A DNA stretch of 64,000 nt from the NCBI GenBank assembly GCA_013265495.1, contig MU058418.1:1638917-1702916 (forward strand), read 5' to 3'. This document shows positions 10,799-23,689 of the stretch, piece after piece; the first letter of the stretch is position 1, and the number at the start of each line of letters is the position of its first letter. The translations under genes were made by a program, and so were the position numbers. The stretch comes from Vicugna vicugna. Taxonomy: Eukaryota. The notes beneath the pieces are model-generated. The model made no database searches. It saw only the letters and a program-made list of their open reading frames with translations, and was not told the DNA's origin.

Positions 10799-12978
10799 TG
10801 GATGATGAAGGGGTTTAAGGGAAGGATGTCCAGAGCCTGTTGGACAGGCACTCAGGACCCGGAAGGTGGGTCCAGATAGAGCTAGCATCCCCGAACGGCC
10901 CCCTCAGGAGCAGGTATCATCTGCTCCATCCTGCTGGAGACCCAGCCCTGCTCCATTTCGGCTGTTGGGGAAAAGATCCTTTCTCCCCCTCCTTTCCTCT
11001 AGGCTCCTGCATGGTCGTGGCTTCAGCTGGCTCAAGGCTTCTTGCTGCACTCAGTGTATGGGATTCTGCGTCTCCTCTGTTGTTGGCACAACTTTCTGTC
11101 TGTCTCCGATTTGAGGAGAAGATGTGTGTTTGGTTCTGTGAGTTGCTCTCCTAGGGTGGAGGGCTTTTGTGTCTTAGGCAGCAGCTGCCTCCAGCACAGG
11201 CTGGCTGTGGCTTCCTTTGGGACCTAAGTCCGGGGCAGTCAACCACATAGGACAAGATGGTGTGGCCGTGTGGCACAAGGGAGGGCTTAGAAGTGGGGTG
11301 GGCATGGCTGGCTTCCAGCAGGGGATGGTGCACCTGGCGGGTACTTGGCAGTGGTGGACCTGTTCCCACCGCTCCCCTCCCTCAGCTTCCCCTCGAGCCA
11401 GGTTGGACTGCTTCTTCCCTAACCTTGCACCTCTGCTCGGGCGTATCCCTTACCTGCCTAGCCCAGTGCTGCCGGCCCTCGCAGGCCCTTCTGCTGAGCT
11501 TTGCAAACCCATAGTCTAGTCATAGGAAATCTGTACTCTTTATACAGCAATCAGTCACAAACTGTGGAACTTGTCCTGTATTATTTTTTCATAACTTTTA
11601 TCTTATTTCCCCACTCCAACTGAGCTGCTCTAGGGTAAGGCTATTGCCTCGTGCAGACTAGGTTCTTGATAGATGCTTGTGGATTAACTGACAATAGTGG
11701 TACCTTTGCTTCAATGAACATTTATTCTGTCCTCATAAGATCTCTCTAAGGTCGTCAGCTAGGTGACAGATGAGGAAGGTAGGTCTAGGAGGGTTAAGTG
11801 GCTTGTCTAAGATCATATTGTAGCAAAGCAAGAACTTTTCATCAGAAAATAAACATCTAGCCCTGTGTTTTTCTGCTGTTCCACTACATAGGGCACCCTT
11901 ACCCCTCCCCACTGTAGAAGGGGAATGTGGCGTGGGAAACAAAGTAAACAGCCCACTGGGGAACCACGTCACCAGCTTGGTGAGTCATAGAGTCCTCACA
12001 TGGTCATGAGCCCCTTCTTGGGAACCATGAGGACTCCTGGCTCTTCTCTCCACAGTGTTGTCCCCAGACCCTTACTTATGCCAGGTTGTAGCTGTGTCTA
12101 GCCAGCAGGCAGCAGCAGGTGAAATGAATACGTGAGTGAGAGTGTAGTCACATTTCAATTCTTTTACAAAGATCGCTGAAAAACAGGCCTTTTTGAAAAC
12201 AAGATGAGCTGTTAAGTCACAAAAGCCCCACATTGAAGCGGGAGCACTGTTTTTAGAAATAATGGCAGGACAATTGATATAGTAAGTTACCCAACTTTTT
12301 CTTGACAGGAAACTAAAACAGAAAAGAAACGGTTCTCAACATGGTTGGGATGTTGGAATGTTGATAGTCTCTTTGGAAAGTGGCTTAGAAAGAATGTTGT
12401 CTAAACTCCCCGAAGTGCTGCAACCACCTCTTATAAACTCATTAGCTATCTGTCTTGACGTTACTTAGTGGTGCGCTCTGACTCACGCGTCTACCGTGAG
12501 CGTCTCTCAGGGGAGCTGGCAACTGGTGACCAGTGTGTGCAGTTCGCTGTTGTCAGTGTAAAATGCATTGGGGCTTTTTATGTTCATGTAAGCTATGTGG
12601 AACTTAGCACCTAGGTTATGTGACAAGGGGGAGAGAGGGGCCCAGTGTTCGTTAGAGGATTCCATCATCAAGGCCGTGCCAAAGGGCCGTCAGGTGCTTC
12701 TGGAACGCAGGGGGACCATGCCTTGTCATAGTCACAGCAATAATCAAACCCTCCATAGCCACCTGGTGCTGAACAGCAGGCTAGGAAACAGTGCAGTGAG
12801 TAGGGGAAGCTTTAATCGATGCAGCAGGGTCCTTAAACTATGATAAGACTGTGTTATAATGAGCACTGACAAATGTATTGTTTTGAGTCCTTTAATCCTT
12901 TCTAATACCTCACCTAAAATTCCAATGTTTGAAAGTGTATTGTGCACGAAGAAAGCTTAATGATGATTGTTACCTAAT

Positions 12979-13171
12979 CAGTGCTTTTCACACTGTGACC
13001 AGCATCTTTAACAAATGAAGTACTAAGAAAATAACAGAATATATTATATGTAGTAAAGATAAGGATTGTGAGGCATTTTTTTACTTGTATTTAAATACAT
13101 GAGTGTATGGATACAGTCATAATGTAATACATACTTCTCAGGTCACAGTCAAAAAAGTTTGAAAATCATAG
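12979..13171. mobile_element. Non-autonomous hAT-type DNA transposon (MITE)
   Basis: Imperfect terminal inverted repeats CAGTGCTTTTCA...ACTGTGACC / GGTCACAGT...TTTGAAAATCATAG. Confidence 0.5.
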
Positions 13172-14486
13172 GTCTAAAATTTGCACTGCCATTCATTGTA
13201 GTACAAGTTTCAAAATTTAACAGCTAGTGTTGTACAATGGCACGTTTTATGCATGTGCTGTATTTAAAATTTGAGACTGCTTTTATCTGTAACTACATGG
13301 CCCCTTTTGTTATCTTGTCCAGCCCAGTTTACAATGAATAGGGTCTGAGTGTAGATTAACTAATTAGAGGCTGAGCTTCAAAAAAAGTAGCATAGTCTTA
13401 ACATTAGATTAAAAAAAAAATCAAAAACAGCAAAAATAGAGGTTTGCTAAAGCCATCAAATCCAACCAAAGCCCTGGGTGGAGGAAGGGTCTGTGGAATG
13501 CCTGGGCGGTGCTTAGCCCTAAGGTGCTTGCGAAAGAAGGACGTAAAACAAGAGAATTCATTTTTAACAGAAGTTTAGTGCTCATAAAATCTGGAGAGGA
13601 GTGAGCAGGAAGAGAACCTAGAAACCTGAAAGCACTCAGAAAGTAGCCCAACAGGAAGGACTTTGCATCAAATACCATCTGCATTCTCCTCCTCTCCAGG
13701 CCCTGGTTATCAAATGGGTGGGGAGAGCCAGGCTTGCTTACAGGGGTCTCCATGGAGAGCCTTGCTGAAGTGCTAGTGTCTGCCCAGAACTTATCTCAGA
13801 GCTGCATAGCGGGCCACTTGGCTGGAGGAGAGGAGGGAAGGTACAAACTGGGATTCCAGACTTATCTTATTCTGGGTGGTGACACTGACACCAATAGTGC
13901 CAAAGTACACAAAGAGTATGAAAGTATTCGGGGTAGAAAATTGGATGTAAACATGAATGAAACATTTTATAATAGGATTTTAACTGGCCCTATGAAAAAA
14001 AAGTTTGCAAATTATGTAAGCAGTGATATTTGTGGTCATTTTCAGACTTGGTAGCTCCCTCTTAAGACGTCTGCCTCAGGCACAGACCTAGGAAGTGGCA
14101 GAGCCAGCCTCTGGCTGGCAGGCCAGTGTATTTTCCTGAAGTCCTTCAATGGGGTCCAGTATAAACAAAGGAAAATGCAGTGGCAGGTCAGCGCAGAAAC
14201 CTCAGTGGCCACTTGTCTTCCTTCTTGGGTTGGATATACTTATGGTATTCAGAGAATTCAGAGTGCCCTTGGATTAAGAAGCAAATTAAGGTTGTAATTT
14301 TGTTTTTACAAGTGCTTTTCTGCATTATTCATGGATTTATTCTCAAAGTCTCCCATTTGTCACCTTTATTGGTGGGAGCATAGAGGGGTGTGTGTGTGTG
14401 TGGGGTGTTTTCAAAGTATGTCCAGGCTGCTTTGAAATGAGCAAAATTGATTTTCAGTCAAGTTTACAGTGTCAAATTCAGCTGTG

Positions 14487-14837
14487 GTGGGGGAGGGTAT
14501 AGCTCAGAGGTAGAGCACGTGCTTAGTTAGCATGCATGAGGTCCTGGGTTCAATCCCCAGTGCTTCCATTAAAAAACAAAATAAGAAATAAATAAACCTA
14601 ATTACCCCCCCATCAAAAATAAATTTTAAAAATTGCAGATACTAACTACTATATATAAAATAGATAAATATAAAATAAACACGTTTCTGTACAGCACAGG
14701 GAACTATATTCAATATCTTGTAGTAACCTATAATGAAAAAGAATATGAAAACAAATCTGTGTATGTATATGTATGACTGAAACATTATGCAGAAATTGAC
14801 ACAGCATTGTAAACTGACTATACGCCAATAAAAGAAA
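14487..14837 (+). mobile_element. Composite insertion: Vic-1-like SINE (14487-~14632) fused to L1 3' end (~14633-14837)
   Basis: SINE A/B boxes, then L1 3'UTR (CTGTACAGCACAGGGAACTATATTCAATATCTTGTAGTAACC); one TSD AAATTCA(G/A)CTGTG at 14474-14486 and 14838-14850. Confidence 0.8.
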
Positions 14838-15251
14838 AAATTCAACTGTGCTCCTTTCCCAAAAGATTTCCTAACTCCTTTTATATCTGTCAACCACTAA
14901 AGTAACTTTTTCTAAGGAAAACTTTCTAAGGAAGTAATCTATTAATACTTTGTTTATTCTGAGAAATTACCTGACTTTTGGATGTAGACATACATAAACA
15001 CTACGGATAAACTGAAATAGGAGCTCAATTAAATCTAGGACCGTTTTTTTGGAGAAGATTATTATCTTTTTTTAAATTGAGACTGAAATATACTTACTTA
15101 AAAATATTTGTAAAGAACAGAAGAGAGTAAAAAAACCTTGTTGGAATTAAAGATGACCCAGGACGAGTTTACCGCCTGCCATCACAAATTAAACAATTCA
15201 ATAGGCTTACATTTCCAAATGATTGCTGTAATTTTAATTTTTCTGATACAG

Positions 15252-15409
15252 ATGAAGAACTAGCACTGGATGAGAGTTTTGACCAAGACCTAAAAAACTA
15301 TCACAGACTCCACTGGGAAACAGAATTCAAACCGGTGGCACAGCAGCTTCTACACCGAATTCAGAGGCATCACACCTTCCTGGAACCCCTGCCTGTTCCC
15401 TCTTTCTAA
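15252..15409 (+). CDS. ARMC2: ARMC2 terminal coding exon (EELALDESFDQDLKNYHRLHWETEFKPVAQQLLHRIQRHHTFLEPLPVPSF*)
   Basis: atacag| acceptor, frame continues from the previous exon, TAA at 15407-15409. Confidence 0.92.
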
Positions 15410-15955
15410 CACGATGCAGATTAACGGCAGAAACAGGAAGTCAGGTCTCCTTCATTCCTGAGAAGTGGTAACAAACACGAACATTTTATTCAGTGTTAAC
15501 AAATATTGAAAGTTTTTTCAGGTACTGATTTTAGTGAGTAGTTTAACTATTTTAAAAGAAATGAGCATTTCTTCTTGTTAGGTATTATGGAAAAATGTTC
15601 TGCTATGAGAAATGTAAGATGAAAATATATGCATGGCTTTTCTAAGTAAATGACTTTTTTCTTCTATTCTCTGTTAAATAATTTAGTTCTAGTCTTTAAG
15701 TCCTGATTTAACAATTGTAGAATTTAAGAGCTTGTCAGCTCAGTAACTGAACTGTGCAATGAAGACTTAGATTTTGTTTATAAAAAGAATGGTGGTCAAT
15801 ACCATTAGGAATACATTACTACATCAACATCTGCATTAATTTTTACAGCATCTACTATTCATTTTTTGGTTAGGAACCAGTATTTTTCTGGTTCTTATAT
15901 TAAGAGGAATAAGCAAAAAAATTTAAAGAAGACTGCTTTAGGCCATTTACTCTTT

Positions 15956-16018
15956 ATTAAATAAGTAAAATAGATGAAAAGGGGAGTATTTTACCTTTTT
16001 CTGTTCATTTGAAATAAA
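15956..16018 (+). promoter_or_regulatory. ARMC2: Candidate ARMC2 polyadenylation signals
   Basis: ATTAAA 15956-15961 and AATAAA 16013-16018, ~550-600 nt after the stop; the site actually used cannot be determined. Confidence 0.45.
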
Positions 16019-16059
16019 ATGAGTAGACCAGACAGTCCTAATGGTAACCCTCTGTGACT

Positions 16060-16290
16060 AGGGAGGTGATGTACTGTACTAGGAAGAATGTAGGCTTAAG
16101 CGTATGGCAGATCTCAGTTCAAATCCTAGCTTTCCTTTGCTTGGGCCTTTGGCAAATAACTTAGTATTTTCAGCTTCAACTATAAAATGGGAGTAATACC
16201 TATTTTATTATAATGTAGTTTAGAGAAAAAAACATTAAATGGGCAAATTGCGCAGTACAGTGACTCTGCTTAGTAGAGGCTGAATAAATT
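16060..16290 (+). mobile_element. MIR SINE
   Basis: GTTCAAATCCTAGCT...CCTTTGGCAAATAACTTA...TATAAAATGGGAGTAATA. Confidence 0.55.
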
Positions 16291-17002
16291 ATAACATTAT
16301 GATGGTAATTAGTTTATTAGTTTGACATTCTGTGTAGGGTAAGTTTGGCTTTTGAATGAATGAGAAAAAAACAAAGAAATTGAGATCACCGTTGTTGTCC
16401 CATATTAGCCAAAGAAGATTTGGAAATAGAAGTAGGTTTCCTACCCTGCTCTGTAGGGTGAGAGATGAGCCGTTAATATCAGAAAAGCTGGTACAGCTCA
16501 TCCCTCGCCCAAACAAAATAACAAGACTAATGGGATGAAGACAGCCATCCCAGACTAGACGGGCTCTTAAAGGCTAATAGAAAAAACCCTAAATTTCAGG
16601 AACAAATAGACTTTCTAAGGGCTCTTCTAGTTCAAGATTTATCCCTGATTGAGGTGTTGCAAAATCCTCTAGGGACACTCACCTTATTATGGTCTGTCAT
16701 CCATAAGTATATGCCAATAGATTCACTCCAATAGATGAAACCATTTTTTTAAAAGTCTGAAGGGCTAATCTCTCAAAAACACTTAAAGATCTAAGTTTTT
16801 AGTTTATCTATAGCAGGCTATATATTCCACTTTCAGTGAGAAAGATCAAACTCTTTCCCCTCTAAAACAGCCCCCTTGGTACTTATAACTAATACAATAA
16901 TTCATGATGGAATGAATACCATTATACCTGTTCTCCATATTAAACTCCTCCTCCTTAGACTCATGTGCAAACTAGACCATTTGGAACCATCTGCTTGCCT
17001 TT

Positions 17003-20000
17003 AAACAAAATTGTGGTAAAAAACACATAACATAAAATTTACCATCTTAACTATTTTTAAATGTATAGTTCAGCAGTGTTAAGTATATTCACATTGTTTT
17101 GCAACAGTTCTCTAGAACTTTTTGATCTTGCAAAACTGGAACCCATCTCTGTTAAACAACTCCCTGTTTCCTCCCTCCCTAGCCCCTAGCAATGACCATT
17201 CTACCTTCTGTTTCTATGAATTTGACTTGACTAGTTTAGATACGTCATTTAAGTGGAATCATACAGTATTTGTCTTTTTGTGACTAGCTTATTTCACTTA
17301 GCATAATGTCTTCAAATTTCATCCATGTTGTAGCAAGTGATGGAATTTCATTCCTTTTCAAGGCTGAATAATATTTCCTTGTATGTTTATACTGTGTTTT
17401 GTTTATCCATTCATCCAGAGGACATTTGGGTTGCTTTTAACTTATAGTCATTGTGAATAATGCTACTATAAACATGGGTGTATAAATAGCTCTTTGAGAT
17501 CCTGTTTTTGATTCCTTTGGGTATATACCCAGATACGAATTACTGAGTCATATAGTACTACTATTTTTAATTTTTTGAGGGCTATCTATACTGTTTTCCA
17601 CAGAGGCTGTGCTATTTCACATCCCTATCAGTGCACAAGGGTTCCCATTTCTTTACATCTTTGCCAGCACTTATTATTTTCTGTGTTGCTTTTTGATAGT
17701 AGCCATCTTAATGATTGTGATGTGATATCTCATTGTGGTTTCGATTTGCATTTCTCTAATAATTAGTGATGTATATCTTTTCATATGATTGTTGGCCATT
17801 AATATGTCACTTTGGAGAAGTTTTTTGCCTATGTTTCAATCAGGCTATTTGGGGTATTTTTTTGGTGGTGGTTGTTGAGTTATAGGGGTTAGTTATATAT
17901 TCTGGATATTAAGCCTTTATCAGATACATGATTTACAAATATTTTCTCCCATTCTGTAGATTGTTGCCTTGTTTCTCTGTTGATTTTGCCCTTTGATGCA
18001 GAGAAATTTTCAAGTTTGATGTGTAGTTCTGTTTGTCTGTTCTTTCTTTTCCCTTTGCTTTTGGTGTTATATCCAATAAATCACTGCCAAATCCAATGTC
18101 CTAAAGCTTTCCCCGTTTTTTTTTCCAGGACTTCTATAGTTTAAGTTCTTGCATTTAGGTCTTTAACCCATTTCAGTTAATTTTTGTATATGGTTCTAAG
18201 GTAAGGGTCTAACTTCATTCTTTTGCATGTGGATGTCTCATTTCCCCAGCACAATTTGTTGAAAAGACAGTCCTTCCTCTTTGAATGGCCCTGGCCCCCT
18301 TGTTGAAGATCATTTGACCATATATATGAGGGTTTATTTCTGGGTGCTCTGTTTGATTTTATTGGTCTGTTATGTCTGTGTTTATGCAAGTACCACACTG
18401 TTTTGATTACTGTAGCTTTGGAAAATGTTTTGAAATCAGGATATGTGAGATCTCTAACTTTGTTCTTTTTCAAGATTGTTTTGGCTACTTGGGGTCTTTT
18501 GAGATTCCATGTGAATTTTAGGATGGATTTTTCTATTTCTGCCCCAAAGCATTTTTTTTAAGAGATTGCATTGAATTTTTAGATTGCTTTAGGTAGTATT
18601 GACATCTTAACAATATTAGGTCTTCCAACCCATGAACACAGGATGTCTTTACATTTATTTGTGTCTTTAATTTTTTACAGTGATGCTTTGTAGTTTTCAG
18701 TATCAAGTCTTTCAACTTCTTTGGTAAATTTATTTCTAAGTATTTTATTCTTTTTGACGCTATTATAAATGGAACTGTTGCCTTAGCTTCCTTCTTAGAT
18801 TGTTCATTGTTAGTCTATAAAAATGCAACTGATTTTTGTGTGTTGATTTTGTTTCTTGCAACTTTGCTGGATTTATTAGTTTCTACAGGGTTTTTGTTTG
18901 TTTGTAATCTTTTAGGGTTTTCTACATATAAGATCAGGTCATCTGCAAACAGAGATAATTTTATATTTCCTTCCTAATTTAAATGTCTTTTCTTTTTCTT
19001 GCCTAATTGCTCTGGCTAGGACTTCCGGTACTGAGTGGTGAGAACAGGCATGTTCCTGATCTTAGAGGAAAAGCTTTCAGTCTTTTACAGAGTCCGATGT
19101 TAGCTATGGGGTTTTCATATATGACCTTTATTACATTTAGGTAGTTTCCTTCCACTTCTAGTTTGTTGAGTGGTGGTTTGTTTGTTTGTTTGTTTTTATC
19201 ATGAAAGGGTGTTGAATTATGCCAAATGCTTTTTTGCATCATGTTTTTTCTCCCCCTTCATTCTGTTAATATGGTGTATTGCTTTGGTCAGTTTTTGTAT
19301 GTTGACTCATCCTGTCAGTTCCTGGAATAAATCTGACTTCATTGTTTTGATGTGCTGTTGACTTCCCTTTACTAGTATTTGTTAAGGATTTTTGCAACTG
19401 TGTTCATCTGGGATATTGATCTGTAGTTTTCTTGTAGTATCTTTTTCTAGCTTTGGTATCAGGGTAATGTTGACCTCACAGAATGAGTTTGGAAGTGTTC
19501 CCTTGTCTTCAATTTTTTGGATGAGTTTGGTATTAATTCTTTAAATTAATGTTTGGTAGAATTCTGCAGTGAAACCATTTGGTCCTGGTCTTCATTGAGT
19601 TTTTAATTACTGATTCAATCTCCTTACTAGTTATAGGTCTGTTCAGATTTTCTATTTCTTTGTGATTCAGTCTTCGTAGGTTTGTGTTTCTAAGTTACCC
19701 AATTTGTTGGTGTATAACTGTACATGGTATCTGCTCTTCTTTATATTTGTTATGTTGGCTGATAATGTCCCCTTTTTCATTTCTGATTTTATATATTTGA
19801 GCCTTTTTTTCTCTTAATCTAAAGTTTTGTTAATTTTGTCGATATTTTCAAGCAAGTCTTAGAAAACAATAGAAAAAAAATCTATTGTCTGTTTTATTTA
19901 CCTCTGCTCTAACCTTTGTTTCCTTCCTTCTGCCAGCTCTGGGTTTGGATTGTTCTTTGTTTAGTTCCTTGAAGTGTGAAATTAAGTTGTTGATTTGAGA

Positions 20001-22218
20001 TCTTTTTTTCTTTTTTAATGTAAGGGTTTATAGCTCTAAACTTCCATCTTAGCACTGTATCTAAGTTTTGGTTGTTATGTTTTACTTTGTCTCGAGATAC
20101 TTTCCAACTCCATTTGTGATTTCTTCTTTGATGCATTGGTTGTTTAAGAATGTGCTGTTTAATTTCTACATATGTTTGGGCTTCCCAGTTTTTTTTTCAA
20201 CTATTGATTTCTAGTTTTATTCCATTATGACTGGAAAAGATACTTTGTATGATTTCAATCTTGTAATATTTGTTAAGACCTGTGGCTTAACGTGTGGTCA
20301 ATCCTAGAGAATATCCCATGTACACTTGAGAAGAATATGTATTCTGCAGTTATTAGAGTGTTCCATATGTGTCTGATAGGTCCAACTGGTCTAGAGTGTT
20401 GTTCAGTCCTGTTTATCTTCTCGTGGTTCTAGTCATTGTTGGAAATGGGTATTGAATCTACTATTACTGTGTTGCTATTTCTTCAATTCTGTTAATGTTT
20501 ACTTCATATATTTAGGAGCTCTAGTATTTGGCACTTAATTGTCAAGTCTTCCTGGTAAACTGACCCTTTTGTCTGGTATTTGTATAGCTACTTCTCTCCT
20601 TTGGTGACTGTTTGCATGGAATATCTTTTCCATCCTTCACTTTCAGCCTATATGTGTCCTTAGATCTAAAGTTAGTCTCTTATAGACGGCATATAGTTGG
20701 GTCCTCATTTTTAATTTTATCCATTCAACCAATCTATGTCTTTTGATTGGGGAATTCAATCTGTTTACATTTGATGTAATTACTGATAGGAAAGGACTTA
20801 CTATTGCCTTTTTGTTAATTGTTTTCTGTAAGTTTTGTAGGGTTTTTTGTCCCTTATTTCCTCTCCTTCCTCCTTTGTGTTTCATTGTTGGTTTTGTTTT
20901 TTGTCTTTTTGTAGTGACATGCTTTTTCATTTCCTTCTCATTTCTTTTTGGGTAAATTCTAGAGAGATTTTCTTTGTGGTTACCCTGAGGACTGTGTTTT
21001 AAAAGATTAAAGTTAATAACAATTTATTTTAAGCTGATAATGACTTGATTTGCATACAAAAACTCCACTCCTTTCCAGATCTGCCCACTCCCCACTTTGT
21101 TATTGATGTCCCATAAGTCCCTTAGGTTCTCCTCACTTTACTTCTTGTCCCTCTGACTTGATAGTATCAAATAACCTCCAAGGTTATTACTAGAACTCCA
21201 AAGTTACTGATAATATCAGTAACTCTCCAAGGTCACTGCTTCTTTTGTCTGTATGATCGTTTCCTTTTGAACTCTAGTTTATTTTTCAATTCAGTTGTTG
21301 TATCCTTTAGGTCCAGAATTTGGTTCATTTTTATTCTGTCTCTTTGGCAACAGTGTTTGTGCATCCTTTCTCTGATTTGTCAGTCTTGTTCTCTTTTAGT
21401 TCACTGAACATCTTTAAGATGACTGTTTAAAATTCTTTGCGAGGTAATTGAGAGATTTGTATTTCTTTAGGGTTGGTTTCTGGAGATTTATTTTATTTCT
21501 TACATTAGGCCATGTTCTCGTGTTTCTTTATATGCCTTGTGAACTTTGTTGAGATTTGGACATTGGAAAAATAGCTACTGTTTCTGGGGATGTGTCTTCT
21601 CTGGGCATGTGTGTATGCTTTTATTCCAGGATACACATCTGCTTTTAACTGTCTTGATTTCCATAAGAAGCTTGTCTCTGTTGCTCCCCAGGAGCTTTTT
21701 ATTTCAATTTCTATTGTATTCCTGTCTATCCTCTTGGATTCCCTGCACCTGCTTACAGAACGGTAGACTCCCTGCTGCACTAATGCACCTCTTTGCTCAC
21801 TTCTGTTTTCAGTGGTCTCCAACTGGCATCCAAATCATGTCACTAGTCTCACTATGTTGCTCCAGGTTAGGTGAGACAAAACTTAGTCCCTCAAACAGCT
21901 CCCAGACAGGCCAGAATACTGGAAACAAATTTATCTTTTTTCTTTCTGTCCCAAGGGAGGTGCCAGGAATTGGTTTCCTCTCAACTGTACCGTGCTATGC
22001 CAGGAAGCGGGAAGGGCTAGGATGAGCAAAATGCCCCAGATTTTTGTGCATCTTTTGGTGCAGCCTCCTCCTGGTTTTGCGTTTGCCTGAGTTGTAGTTT
22101 CCCAGGTGGTTTCTAGACTTCTCACAAAGGTGTTTTGATCCTCATATTATGTTAGCTCAGTAGCTCAGTGTCTCCATGGGGAACGAGGACCCTGGAACTT
22201 CATTGGTGATGTCACTCC
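17003..22218 (-). mobile_element. Decayed, internally deleted L1 (L1MB-like), ~5.2 kb
   Basis: Antisense L1 3' end at ~17005; ORF2 remnants in ORF track: 18177..18473 (PDFKTFSKATVIKTVWY, KRMKLDPYL) and 20643..20930 (endonuclease start ITSNVNRLNSPIKRHRLVEWIK); many stops and frameshifts. Confidence 0.9.
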
Positions 22219-23689
22219 CCACCCACCTGCCTTTTGCTCTCCCTTGATACTCACAAGTCACAAATGTGTAACAAACTTTCATAGTATCTTAATGATGGAA
22301 AATATGCTTATTCAACAAGTTTCATTTATTTACTTATCTACCAATGGTCTTTTATCAAAATAATTTGAAATAGATAAACCCTTAGAAGAATAAAAATCTC
22401 TTAGCTTTTAAATGAATTTCAAGTTAAAAATATCACTATTTATATGAAGTTAAGTATTTACTACAATTATTTAAGTTTAAGTGTTTGGAATTTACTCTCA
22501 TTCTTATAGTAAGAGATACTCAAGTTTGGCCTAATAAAAAAGTTCAATTTTTACCAAAAAAAAAAAAAACCCAAACCTCTCAGACTTAAAAAATTGAATC
22601 TCAAAACCTCAAACAGAAATCTATTCATGATTATTTAAGAAAAAAAAATTCCTCTCATAGGGGAGTTTTGATATCCCAGAGAATATTCTATTTTACCTTC
22701 CCCAATTATTTTGGAAACTTAGTTTCAAAGATTATAGTAGCATTAGAAATCCTGTGTTTAGTTTTGAGAAAACATCGAGTTACAGGAAACACCTGTTAAA
22801 TGGGAGGTGTTGAAACATCAACTTTGTATGACAGGCATGCCTTTATTACTTTAGATGTAGGTATTTTTTAACTCTTTAAAACTTTCAACTTGTGATTTCT
22901 AAGTAGTTATAACCTTCAGCCAAATAAGATAATCAATTCAGTTAGAACCTCTATTAGAAATTTTGTATTTTCAAAAGAAAGTGCCAAGAACAAAGAGCAG
23001 AAGCAGTATGAGTAGATTGAACTATACTCCAGTGCAGCACTACTGGTTGGATTCACCTGTATTGCTATGATGACGTAACCAGCAGGAGACAGAAAAAGGC
23101 AAAGGCATGATACAAATTCAGTGGGTAAGATCATTTGTATGTTATTGTAGCTGACTAGAAATGGACTTATACATTTCTCTAAATATAAAATATATTCAAG
23201 ATGATAATTTCTACTTAAGGTGATAGTCTTGTCTTCCCATTTGTATATATCCATGAAGGTAAGTAGCACCTCTATTCAAAATTGTGCATCCCCACTATAA
23301 ATTTATAGGTACTAGATTGAGCTCAATAAATGTTTTGATGAGTAAGAGTTATTACAACAGCTTTGATTAAATTTAGAGCTATTTCTAGTTGTTTGACATT
23401 GTCTTTTTTTTGTTCTGTAGTTGCTCCTTAGTTAGCCTTTGTTTCTAATAATTTTTAATAATTCTATCTGACTTCTAAAATATCTCAGTTCAAAAGGGAC
23501 AAGACATGGGACTATACTAGTCATTTCCAAGATAAAACTCATCTTTGTATTTTTAAAAATGACTTCAAGAGTTTGCCATTTAATAGCAGTCTCCAGGATC
23601 ATTTAAATATGATGGCTAATGAAAGTCAATAGAAACAGAATTGTTAGTGATTGTCAAGTCATGACTTTTTAAGACTGAGACAGGAAATA

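Noticed and set aside
18177..20930. Reverse transcriptase/endonuclease-like ORFs
   Set aside because: Fragmented remnants of a dead L1 ORF2; no intact or domesticated gene.
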